64,000 nt of DNA from the human T2T-CHM13v2.0 reference genome, Homo sapiens. The notes under the pieces are model-generated. The model made no database searches and had not been told where the DNA came from. It saw only the letters and a list, made by a program, of their open reading frames with translations. The number at the start of each line of letters is the position of its first letter. Positions within the stretch are counted from its first letter, which is position 1. Position numbers and translations under genes: made by a program. Below are positions 47,740 through 60,347 of this stretch, piece by piece. Where the stretch lies: assembly GCF_009914755.1 (NCBI RefSeq), contig NC_060928.1; one strand, given 5' to 3'.

Positions 47740-47864
47740 GGCTGGGCCAAAGGTTGGAATTTATATCAATTGATTGTTCACAGTCAGTTACAGACCAAAC
47801 TTCTTGTTCTATTCTTTTCCCTCTTCTTACTATTGCACTTGATTAGACTTTAAAAAAAAAAAAA
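47740..47864 (+). pseudogene. Y1 RNA (hY1) retropseudogene with polyA
   Basis: 'ggctgg.cc.aagg...tcaattgattgttcacagtcagttacaga...ttgttcta...tgcacttga.tag.cttt' matches recalled RNY1, followed by 13 A. Confidence 0.9.
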
Positions 47865-48453
47865 GGATCAAGACATTTATTTTTTTTAAATACTTATGAT
47901 CAGTCTGAAACACGTATTTCTCTTTATTACAATTCCTTATGTAATTAACAATGAGAGCAGATAGTAAATTGTCACTTTTGGGTCTTCAATTTTTTCGAGC
48001 AGCGTTGGAGACATGATAAGCTAGAAGTAATGTCATATTTAAAATAAAGCATGTTGAGCAAATTATTGGCACATATTTGGAAATTTTATATAGATTATTG
48101 AATACATTAGCCATTCCAGTTTAATATGAAGTTTTATAAGAGATTATTACCATCATAAGATTATTTGCTTTTTAAAGAACATTAATATGCAAAGTATTTT
48201 ATACTAAAGCACTCAAAAATTAGTAAATTAATAATATCTAAAAGAAACTTGTGGAACTATGTGTTACTGTAAAAAGAATCTTCATGGCAACATAGATTGA
48301 GAGATTATTATGTTATCAAAAGGTACAAATTACTCTGGATTTCAAGGTCATTTATTTAATAATCCTAGGTCCTTGTCCAACTTTTGGTTTCTGTTTTCTT
48401 CATAAACCTCCTTTGGTTGCTCGTTTAGCTCAGCCTCTTTGCTATCTCTTTAC

Positions 48454-48938
48454 AGTGGTAAACTGAATAATGACTCCCAAATCCTGGGGATTCGTTTTCT
48501 AATCCCTGGAACTTGTAAATTTTACCTCATATGGAAAAAGAAGATCTTTGCAGATACAATTAAAGTGTCTTGAAATGGAGAAATTATCTTGGAATTATCT
48601 GCGTGGGGCCCTCGGTGCAATTGCAAGTGTCCCTCTGAGAGAAGGGCACAGAGAGATTAAAGCAAATGGAAGAGAGAAGTCTATGAAACAGTGGAGGCAG
48701 GGATTAGAGTAGTTCAACCACAAGCCAAGGAATGTCTGTACCATTGGAAGCTAGTTGTGCAAGAAACAGACTGTTCCCAAGACCATCCAGGGGAAGTGCA
48801 GCCCTGATGACACTTTGGGGCCCAGTGATACTTATTTTATATTTTCAGCCACAAAAACTATGAAAGAATAAAATTAAATTGTTTTGAGCCACTAGGTTTG
48901 TGATAATTTCTTACAACAGTCACAGGAAATGAATGCAT
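48454..48938 (+). mobile_element. MLT1C/D-like MaLR LTR
   Basis: 'aatccctggaac...tttgcagat...ccacaagccaaggaatg...gccactaggtttgtgataattt...acaggaaatgaatgca'. Confidence 0.8.
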
Positions 48939-51796
48939 ATGCTCCCTCCTGTGCCAGTTTTCCCCCATTTAGGAGTGTGTAGCATTTCCCCTTGACCTGG
49001 TCAAATTGCACCTGTTCTACAAGAATCATTCATCCTCATTTCAACATTTGCCATAAGCTCTCTCTTGCCATACCATTCCTCAGTGATTTCCTCTTTCCCA
49101 AAAGTTCTATGGCACTTTTTTTTGCCACACAAATTGGTCATTAGTTTATGACCTGTAACTGATATTCAAGTAATTTTTAATCATTTTTTTAAAATTTTTA
49201 TTAAACTTGCCTTAATTTATGATATATTTATTATTTCCATAGAGACTGTGGTTTCTAAATGTTGATCACATAAAAGACATTTAATATATTATATCTCAAT
49301 TGTAAAGCTTTCTAACATTGCATTATTCTTTTTCCATTCTCTTCTCTCCATTTATATGTTTTTCTTCATATCATTGTACATTTTCCTCTTTATCTTATTC
49401 TCAATCTTCTATTTTAAATAGAAATCATGGTTTTCTTTTTTGATTGAGAATTCTTTTGTTGGTTTTGAATGCCATGTTTGAATTTGTATTCTCAACATTG
49501 GCAGACTCTTCAGTGATGAAGAGTTTTTGCATGTTCAAGAGAATACAAATTTGAATCAATATATAGCTGGCATTTAGGAGATTATTTGAAGCTGTGGCCA
49601 CATAACAATATTGTTTGTAAGCAAACTACAGACTTCATTTCCATTGGGCTCTTTTGTGTACAAAAATATGACTAAAGATGAAAGTATCAGCTTGAGCAAG
49701 GCCCCATGCACATGTCACCAGTTAAACCACGAAGAAATCAGTCTTCCTGACCACTTTAAGTCCTTGGTTTCTAAAATTAATAGACCAAAGGAAATTCAAT
49801 GTGGGTCTTTGTGAAGTGCAATTCCAGACATAGGAAGCCAACCCTGTTATAAGGGGAAAAAAATTGCAATTAATCACTTCTTTGGGACAAAAGAGCAGAG
49901 CTTTTTAAATAAATTTTACTGTCCCAATAGGCCAATTAGTCAAAGAGAATTAAAAAAATGATTTGACTCATTGACATCATTTTGACAATATATAAAAATT
50001 TGGTCTTTAGGTATTATATAGCAAACTTATTTGGCAAATATTCTCTAAATCTGATTGTGAGTTTAGTATCATATAGATATAACCATAGAGCACACACAGA
50101 GTTGTGCACACATATGTATGTCTACCTGCATTCAAAACAAACATGTAACATGCAGCTTACAAAGAAATGATGGAATAAACAACTGCATGAAACTTAAATG
50201 ATTGGTAGGAAGGGAAAGGATTTACCTTGCTCTTCCTTAATTATCTGTCATTGTTCAACTGTAATTATAAAGCATTTAGTAACATATATATGATGGAAAG
50301 GAGAGGAAGGCTCAAAACAAATGTTATAGAGGTGCCAGCAAAAGCTATGAGACAGACTCTTGTTGTAGAGTGGGCACTTTATGAAGAACGCAAATAAAAA
50401 TCTTGGGAGGAAGTCTCACTTCTTCAGATGTTTCACTTAAACTAGAGAAAATGATATGCATAGCAGCAGCGTGGTAAACACAAAAAAAGCCAAAGATTTA
50501 GAGTGAAATATTTTCAGACATAACCATCATGAATGATGCACATGCCACAAATTTAATGTTTCTCTCCGCAAAAGTTATTTTGATGCCACCCTACCCAAAT
50601 CCTTCCACCCTATTTTTGTCAGTTTCTTTAGAATTTCTCATCTGTTCTTTTCCATTTCTGAGTCATTTGCAATTTTCTGCCACAACAGCTTTATCCACAG
50701 TGTTAAAAAGTAAAATACATATGCTGAAAATTTTATATATAAGTGTATACTAGAACTATTGATTTAAAATTCATTACACATCAACCAGAAAGATAATTTA
50801 GCACTGTATGGTGTTCTGACTTCAGAAATAATTTTCCTCTGATTAGTTTGTCTTTTTCTATTTGTTTTTACTGTTGCTACAAATTTATATAAACTTCTTG
50901 TTTACTTGGTTCAGAAGTTTGGAAGTTCTGGTTGCCAAGAGCTGACCCATTTCTTTCGTTTTTGTAAATGAGCACCTCAGCCATAAGTGTGCTGTTCATA
51001 TCATTATTTATGCTTCAAGGAACTTGGGAACTCAGTCCCAAGACCCTGAGCTCTTTCTTTCAGGAATATGTTGCTTTTGCTAAGCAATATATGTGTTATC
51101 TCTACTATTTCAGACTCCTTGCTTCTGCACATCAAAGCATAGAATTCATCTCACCAGAGAAGTCAACAAGGAAGAGGAAAATGTAGTTTAAATAGCAGAG
51201 AAAACACAATTTTCATTTTTAAGGAAAATGCATGAGGTTGGCCTTGCTAGTCATAGAAATTGAAAATCTCAGTAGTCATGTTAGATATCCCCAAGTCAAA
51301 TATCTCCAATGAAACTTAGCATGTGTGGATTTCCTAAACTGGAAGATAACTTTGCAGTCTTAGGTGAGGTGTAGGAATTTGTGATCATGACTCATATCCT
51401 TTCAGAAGTAAGTCACCGTTTCATTTTTACAGATTTTTCAGATGGAAAACTGAAGCAATGAAAAGGGAAGGTTTTAAGCTGAACTTGTTTTGGTGAAGCC
51501 AGAGTGCAATGGAAAATCTGCCTTTTTCTGGGGCTAATTGATTACTTTTCTAGCTTTGTGTATGAAGACAGAATGAGAATTGAAGCCTTAGGACGTATTC
51601 AAGTACTTTGCCTTGTTTACTGAGACATCAGTAATACTCACAATCTTGCTTCATCTTCCTGTGTGAAGCACCTGTGTTTTACTCCAGAGCAATTTTAGGC
51701 TACATGTTCCCTGTTTAACCACCAAGAACAAAATATCAAAATGAGTTAGTGTTTTGTTTTAACTCTCTCTACAACTCCTCTAACTCCACAGCCATA

Positions 51797-51799
<3 letters not shown>

Positions 51800-51851
<52 letters not shown>

Positions 51852-51895
51852 CAGAGACAAAGACAGAGGCAGAGACAAACAGAGAGAAAGAGAGA
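51800..51895. repeat. (TG)n(GA)n compound microsatellite
   Basis: Seen directly. Confidence 0.9.
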
Positions 51896-53324
51896 TGTAA
51901 TAATAAATAATGGTCAGTTTCTTATCATGTTACTCTAGGGAAGGAAGACCTAGAAAAAAATTTATTTGTGTAGTATTTCATCCTGAGTCTCCTCATTACT
52001 AACATCTCTCCGAGTTTCAATTTTAGGCTGCTCACTCTCTCCATAGTCTTCTCACACTTGTCAAACTTCTCCCCAGGTCACCTATACAACCTTCAGACAG
52101 CATTCTAGGTTCCAGTAAGTATTTCTATCACTTTATTTACACTGTTATTTATTTATGGCCAGATATTTCTATTTTACAAGTTAATCTATCATCTAATTTT
52201 GTTTTTAGTGATACCAAAAATTTTTTTCCCTCATGACTTCTGCAATAGCCAGGCATCACTAGATTATATATTCCCAATAAAAGGGTTGTTATTTTGTTGC
52301 TTTTTTTTTCTGTCTTTTCCAATGATGGTTGAATAGAGGAAATGGCAGCAGAGTAGAGGCTAAATAGAACTAAGGTTTTAGAGTAACTTTGGGAACAATA
52401 AAATTAGTCAAGTTTTAATGAGCCTTTGGGGTTGCATTCTTTCTGGTAAGGTACGGCACCTGAGATGTGTGAGAGAGAAGGTAATAAATGTAAAGTTATA
52501 AAATGTTTGTATTATGAGGGGATCTGGAAAAACAGCCCTAGCAAATGGTTAGTTTCCTTATTTAATTAAACCTTACTAAGTATTTTTTATGAAAGTATTT
52601 AAAGCTTTTCTTATCAAAGTCATATAAAATATTTAAGTATCTCTAGAGTTGGAGCAAATTGAAGTCTGAGACAGATACATTTATGACAGTATTGTTCAAT
52701 GTAGATAAATTCACCCAATGGAAGAAATATGCATGAAGTAAATAAGAAGTCCTCCCTAGGATAATGCAGTACAAAGCTAATAATGGGTATTCTAATTTTA
52801 TATTACAGTTATGTATTACAGCTAAATATTTATATATGTGTAGTTTTTCCTTTTCTATTGCTGACTAGTTTTCTTTGAGTACATCACAGTTTTTTTATCC
52901 ATTCATGTCTTGATAGAAACTTAGATTGTTCCACATTTATGCCATTAGAAATAAAAGTGTTATAGACACATTTTCTACAAGTCTTTTCATTAAGAAATGT
53001 GTTCACTTGTCATGGGTAAGTAACTGGGCATGAATTGCTGTGTCATGAAGTAAGCGTATGTAGATTTTTATTAAAAAAACTGCAAATTGTTTTTCAAAAT
53101 GTTTTTCCCTTTTTCAATTCCCACCAGCTACACATGAATCTCTACATCCTTACCAATAATGAGTATTGTTTAAGCCATGTAAGTGTGTGTGAATGGTAGC
53201 TTATGGTGGTGTTAGTTTCTAACTAACGATATTGAGCAACATTTCAGACACATATTGGCCATGCTTATGCATCCTTTTATAAACAACCTGCTCAACGGTT
53301 TACCCATGTATTTATTAATTGGAT

Positions 53325-53810
53325 TGTGTAGCATCTAGTTTCCAAAAATTGTTCCCAGAGAAATACCTTTCCCAGTATTTATGTTTTGGGTAGGCTTCAC
53401 TCACATAAAATCCCATATGGCCCAGTGACTCATTTTAACCAACTGAATGTGGTAGAAGTAATGTACCAGTTGCCGGTCTAAACGTTAACAAGGACTGAAA
53501 TCTTCTGCTATGGTGCTCTAGCATGCCAACTGCCATGTGCAAAAATCAATTATCCTGGTGGAAAAAAGAGGCCAGGAGGAGCAGATGCCACCTGGGTAGA
53601 AAAACCAAGTGGCAGAGAACTAAGGATCAGACTTTAGTGTGAGCTGTTTTGGCATTCTAGACCAACTAATTTCCATGGTGACTGCAGCCCCTATTGCTTT
53701 CACACTGGCAAGAGAACTTCCCAAATGAAGTCCACGCACAGTTTTGAGAAGGAATAAAATGGTCGTATTAAGCCATCATATTTCAGTATGGTTTTTAACA
53801 TAGCAAGTTA
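53325..53810 (+). mobile_element. MLT1F/G-like LTR
   Basis: 'gtgactcattttaaccaa...gaatgtggtagaagt...ctgccatgtg...aataaaatggt...taagcca'. Confidence 0.55.
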
Positions 53811-54032
53811 AGTTGCTTGTATTTTCATTCTTTCATTCTAGAGACATAGAAATCCTTTATATATGTTCGATATAAATCTTTGCTCACATACATTCATTAC
53901 AAATATTTTCTCCCTGTAGTGGCTTGCTTTTTTATTATTCGTTTTTACTAGGGCAGTTCAATGAGGACATTTTCAACATTGATGAAACAGAGTTTATCAT
54001 TTTAAACAAATGGTAGCACATTATCTTTCTGA

Positions 54033-54438
<406 letters not shown>

Positions 54439-57400
54439 TAATGTTTAAGCTAAAACACTTTTATCTTTAGATGTATGAGCTAGCTATTAACATTTAAATT
54501 TTGTGTATGGTATGTGGTAGAAATGGAGGGTTTTTTATTTCTTAAAGATATCTAGTCTTTTAGCAATATTTATTCAAATTTTGTAATTTTTTCAATAAAT
54601 TAGCTTTAGAACTTTGTTACAAAGTTATTTATCTCTTTCTTTTAAAATAGCATTTGTATTACTGTGTTCTGCTGGCTCAGCTTTTCTGAGTTTTTTTAAT
54701 TCCTTATGATAACTTTATCTTGCCTTGATTTCTAAAGTGTGTATATTTCCATTGATAAAAAAATTATTGAGCCATAGTTTTTTTATTTTAGCCCTATAAA
54801 GACATTCTATTATCTTTTCCTTAGCATTGTTTAATGTCCCACTTGTGGATTTTGAAACAATTAATCATGCTTGTTGCAACAGGAGCATTTAAGATTTAAT
54901 AATTTATATTTTGTAATATTTTATGTCTGCCAAATTACCATCTTTATGTTCTGGGATTCTGAATAACACATATATTGACAATCTAATATTTTCCCATAGG
55001 TCATTGAAAATCTGTCCTATTTTTTGCATCTTTTTCCATTAGCATATATTTTCCAGTGGAATAATTTTTATTGGCCAACCTTCAAGTGCACTGATTCTTC
55101 CTGCCATACTGCCCATTTTCCTCTTGAGCCAGCCAGTGTTTTTCCCCAGCTATTGTATTTTGAGTTCTAAAACATTCAATTGATTTTTAAAGATATTTAA
55201 ATTTCTCTGTTGAGATTTCTTATCTAATCACTAATTCTGGCATCTTTTCTATAAATGATAGAATAAAATGACTTTTTCCCCTAGACATTGGTTTGTTAGT
55301 TGCAAATATCAAGGTAAATGTCAGTCAGTTTCTGATAGTTTTGATTTTTTAAATTTGGCTCCCTGTTTATTTACTTATTTGAATATTTCATTTTAAAAGG
55401 TATTTTAGACATTTGAAAATTCAATTTTTAATATTTTTATAGCATTCAGTACAAACTCTTTCATATATCCACCAGCTAATTAAAGAAGTAATTACTCATA
55501 TTTCATCAAGGTTTGAGTTAATTTTAAATTGGTATTTATAAGACTGAATTTCCCTCTGGTTAGCCTAACCCTAATCTTATGCAACAACCCTGAGAGGCTA
55601 ATTTGTTTTATTTTATCAGTGTTTGTGCCACGAGGGGAATTGGCTTAAGTTTTTTCTTTGGATTCAGCAATTCAATGCCCACAAGTGCAATGAACTATGA
55701 GAAGTGAAAAGGTGTGTATTGCATATCTGTCCATTTCTCCTTCTATGCAAACTGCACAATCAATTGCATTGCTTGAGGTTCTGCCCAGTGGGAAGATTTC
55801 CCTTCACCACTGTCCTTCAGGGATGTCCTAGAAAGGGGCTGTAGTGCTTCAGCTGTCCACTTGCAGGTGGTGCATGCATACCATGCAGAGCCATCTGTGA
55901 ACCAGGCCCTAGTGTTTTGTTCCTCTGTCAGCTGATAAAGGGAGCTCCCCATGAGGCCACCTGGGCAGGCTGGGGGAAAGAAGGCAGAGTGGCAGGAGTG
56001 GAGACCATGGGCATTTGAGCCACTTCCTCATGTGCCTTCAGGACCTGCTTGAGCCTGGTCTTGTATATACAACTGCCATTTGATGATGGAATGCTGCTGT
56101 GCATGACCCACTTTATGGCTAGATGGGTGAGAAAGCACTCAGTTCATGATAGGCAGTTCAGGTCACATGGTGACTTGAGGACCCATAGTCAAATGATCAG
56201 TTTCCACCAAAACCCAGTAACAGGCCAAGAGCTGTCTCTCAAAAGGAGAATAGTTATCTGCAGAAGATGGTAGGACCTTGCTCCAAAATCCTAGAGGCCT
56301 CCACTGTGATTTACCTATAGGGGGCCTGCCAAAGGCTCCAAACAGCATCCTTATCTGCCACTGACACTTAAAGCACCATTGGATCTGCTGGGCCATATGG
56401 CCAAAATGGCAGAGCAGCTTGCACAACAGCCCAGAACTGTTGCAGGGCCTTTTCCTCTTCTGGACCCCGATCAAAACTGGCAGCTTTTCGGGTCACTTGA
56501 TAAATAGGCAAGAGTACCACACCCCAATGAAGAATGTATTGCCTCCAAAATCCAAATAGACCCACAAGGCATTGTGCCTCTTTCTTGGTTGTACGAGGAG
56601 CCAAATGCAGCAACTTACCCTTCACCTTAGAAAGAATATCTTGACAGGCCCCACACCACTGGGCCCCTAGAAGTTTTATTGAGGTAAAAGTTCCCTGAAT
56701 TTTAGTCATATTTATTTCTCATCCTCTGGCAGGCAAATGGGTCCCCAGTAAGTCCAGTGTGTTTGCTACTTCTTGCTCACTGGATCTAATCAGCATAATG
56801 TCATCAATATGATGAACCAGTGTGATATCTTGCAGAAACGAAAAGCAATCAAAGTCTCTCCAAATAAGATTATGACACAAAGCTGGAGAGATGATATACT
56901 CCTAAGGTAGAACAGTAAAGGTATTTTGCTGGCCTTGCCAGCTGAAGGCAAATTGTTTCTGGTGGGCCTTATGGAAAGGAATAGAGAAAAAGGCATTTGG
57001 CAACTCAATGGCTGCATACCAGGTACCAAGAGATGTGTTAATTTGCTCAAGCAATTAAACCATATCTGGTATAGCAGCTGAAATTGGAGTCACCGCTTGG
57101 TTAAGCTTATGATAATCTGCTATCATTTTCCAAGATCCATCTGTCTTCTGCACAGGCCAAATTGGAGAGTTGAACGGGCATGTGGTGGGACCCACCACCC
57201 CTGCATCTTTCAAGGCCTTGATGGTGGCACGAATCTCCACAATCCCTTCAGGGATGAAATATTGGTTTTGATTTACTATTTTTCCAGGAAGAGGAGTTCT
57301 AATGCCTTCTATGTGGCCTTTCTCACCATAATAGCCCTTACCCTACCAGTCAGGGAGCCAATGTGTGGGTTCTGCCAGCTGCTAAGTATGTCTATGCCAA

Positions 57401-59433
57401 TTATGCATTCTGGCACTGGGGAAATGACCACAGGATGTGTCCAGGAACCCACTGGATGTACTGTAAGTCAGACCTGAGCTAAAACTCTATTAATTATCTC
57501 ACCTCCATAAGCCCCTACTTTTAACTGGAGGACCACAAAGACATTTCGGGTTCTCTGAAATCAGTATCAGCTCAAAGCCAGTGTCCAGTAGTCCCCGAAA
57601 TGTCAGATTATTTCCCTTTCCCCAGTGCACAGTTACCCTGGTAAAGGGCTGGAGGTTTCCTTGGGGAAGGATGGGAGAAAGATTCACTTCATAAATTGTC
57701 GGTAATATAGTGGGGTCCTTCCTCAAGGGACCTGGACTTCCCTTCATTCAAGATGTTCTGGTTCTGTAAACTGGCTCAAATCTGGAATTGATTGAGGGGC
57801 CATGATTCTGTTTTTAAAATTCAAATTAGTCTTTTGTCCATTGGACCTAGATGATTTCTGCTTGTATAAATTAAGTAGAAATGCAGTAGGCTTCCTATCA
57901 ATTTCACTTCTATGAACACTGTGATTAAGTAGCCAATGCCAGAGCTCTGCAGGAGTCAGACTACTCTGATTGCTGCTTTGCCTCTGCTGTCCATTATGGT
58001 AGCTAAGCACACTTTCCTTTTGATGGCTGAGTGCTGTCACTTGGCCCCTGCCACCTCGGGATTCAATTATTCCCATTGTATTTAAATTTTGTATTTGAGT
58101 AACTGAGGTTCCCACTGTTAGAGCTGACATACAGAGAAGAGCAATTACAGGGCTCTTCAAAGATGCAGGTGCTGCCCTCACAAACCTATTTCATAAAGCA
58201 TTAGTCAAGGGTATATCCTCTGGACCCTCCCAACTGGGATGAGCAGGTCAAAAGTGATTAATCCACTCCACCATCCCAATCTCCCTAAGCCTTTGGATCT
58301 CTTCCTCTATATTAAACCAAGGGAGTTCAGGCATTACCAGCTCATTCACAATGGGAAATCTTTTAATCCATATCTCATCTAACCAAGCAAATAAACTATT
58401 AGAACCTTTTGTTTTTCAAATTACCAGAGCTGCAACATTAAATGCAGAGTCCCTGCTTAGTGGGTCCAAATCAATAAATTCAGACTGATCCAATTCTATG
58501 TTCCTTCCACCATTATCCAACACCCTTAATATCCATTCCCATGCCTGGTCTCCAGATTTCTGTTTATATAAATTAGAAACTCAAGCAGTTATTTTTTAGT
58601 GTAGCACACCTCCTCATGGGTCACATTCTCAACCTCACCTCTAGAGGTCTAGTTATAGGCCTAGAAGCAAATGGGTGCTTTGTGGGGGGCTGCTGAGGAG
58701 AATCAACATTATCTTGCCTGGAAACTGCCTCAGGCAAGGCCATCGCTTTTGGCTCAGGCAGCACACAGTTTATCTCCTCAATCAAAGGTGAAAAGCTTGG
58801 GCGAAAGCATGGGTCAAAGGTAAAAAGCATGGCAGCATGAGTTGGAGAGGGGATGTTGCCTCTACTGGGGATAGGGAAGATTTTTCTTCGGCCACAAAAG
58901 GTTCATCAGAGTTTACAAGCTCAGTGTCCTCAGCTTCATCAGTGTCCTCCCACACGTCCCCATTCCAAGTTTTAGGGTCCCATTTTTTTCTAGTCATTGC
59001 ATTCAGTTTAACAGTAGACAACTGGTGAGGCTGTGCATGCACCTTTCGTTGCAAGTCAGCCTTTCTCATGATAAGAACTTGTATCTGTTTTTCCACATTT
59101 TCAGCTCTTTCTCTATAGGAGATAAGACTCACTCAGGGCAATCTTAGCAGATTTGAGGCTCAGTGTCTGCTTCTGAAGCTGGGAGACAGAATCCCTGATT
59201 TCATCATTTTCTTTAATCACTTTGTTCACTGAACTTAAGAGCAGCCAACCAGCTTTATTATGTTCCTTGGTTCTCCACTTATGATCAAAGGTATTATGTA
59301 TAGAATCACTAAACTCCTTGCCTCTCACAAGCGATGAATCAGGAGTATTAAATGCATTTATTTTGCATAGCTCTATAAACCATTCACACCAAGGATTATC
59401 AGTGTTCTCTATACTATTAGAAGTAGAGTCCTT

Positions 59434-59717
59434 GCCAGGCGCAGTAGCTCATGCCTGTAATCCCAGCACTTTGGGAGGCCAAGGCAGGCTAGGTCAGGAG
59501 TTCGAGACCAGCCTGGCCAACATGGTGAAACCCCATCTCTAATAAAAGCACAAAAATTAGCCAGGCATGGTGGTGGGTGCCTATAATCCCAGCTACTCAG
59601 GAGGCTGAGGCAGGAGAAGCTTGAACCCGGGAAGCAGAGGTTGCAGTGAGCTGAGATCACATCACTGCACTCCGGCCTGAGCAACAAGAGTGAGACTCCA
59701 CCTCAAAAAAAAAAAAA
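59434..59717 (+). mobile_element. AluS (Sq-like) inserted into the HERV-L leader/gag
   Basis: Dimeric Alu. TSD core AGTCCTT at 59427-59433 and 59718-59724. Confidence 0.92.
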
Positions 59718-59817
59718 AGTCCTTAGCATTTATGGGTCTAATTATATTAAGCTTCCAACTCCAGAAACCCCTAAACCAATGAAAGAACTCCATCTTTAAT
59801 ATTCTGTTCCTCTAGAA

Positions 59818-59832
59818 CCACTCCTGGTACCA
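59818..59832 (-). promoter_or_regulatory. Retroviral primer-binding site, tRNA-Leu type
   Basis: Minus-strand TGGTACCAGGAGTGG just after the LTR, complementary to a recalled tRNA-Leu(TAA) 3' end. Confidence 0.75.
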
Positions 59833-59837
59833 AAATT

Positions 59838-60347
59838 GGCATTAGTCAGGGTTCAATAGAGGGACAGAACTAATGGAATATATATATGGAATATATATAT
59901 ATATATTCCATTCCTATATATATATATATATATTCCATTCCTCTCTCTGTCTATATATATATATAAAAGTTTATTAAATGTTAATTTACAGAATCACAAG
60001 GTCCTACAATAGGCCACCTGCAAACTGAGGAGCAAGGTGAGCCAGCCTGAGTTCCAAAACAAGAACTTGGAGTCTAATGTTCAAAGGCAGGAAGCATCCA
60101 GCATGGAAGAAAGATGTAGGCTGGGAGGCTAGGCCAGTCTCTCTTTTCACATTTTTCTGCCTGTTTATATTCTAGCTGCACTGGCAGCTGATTAGATTGT
60201 GCCCACCCAGATTAAGGGTGGGTCTGCCTTTCCCGATCCCCTGACTCAAATGTTAATCTCCTTTGGCAACACCCTCACAGACATACCCAGGATCAATAAT
60301 TTGTATCCTTCAATCCAATAAGTTGACACTCAGTATTAACCATCACA
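59838..60347 (-). mobile_element. MLT2A1-like 5' LTR of HERV-L
   Basis: 'attagtcagggttc...gagggacagaactaat' to 'cagtattaaccatcaca'. Lacks the ~100-bp block I recall in MLT2A2. Confidence 0.88.

Larger units (their letters stand above)
55716..59837 (-). mobile_element. HERV-L internal region (gag, protease, RT, start of RNase H), defective and 3'-truncated
   Basis: Gag-like ORFs at 57744-59328; protease 'LLDTG' (57499-57747); RT 'PFNSPIWPVQKTDGSW' (57055-57240) and HIDD at ~56800-56811; RNase H 'WFTDGSA' (55743-55952). Many stops and frameshifts. Confidence 0.93.
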
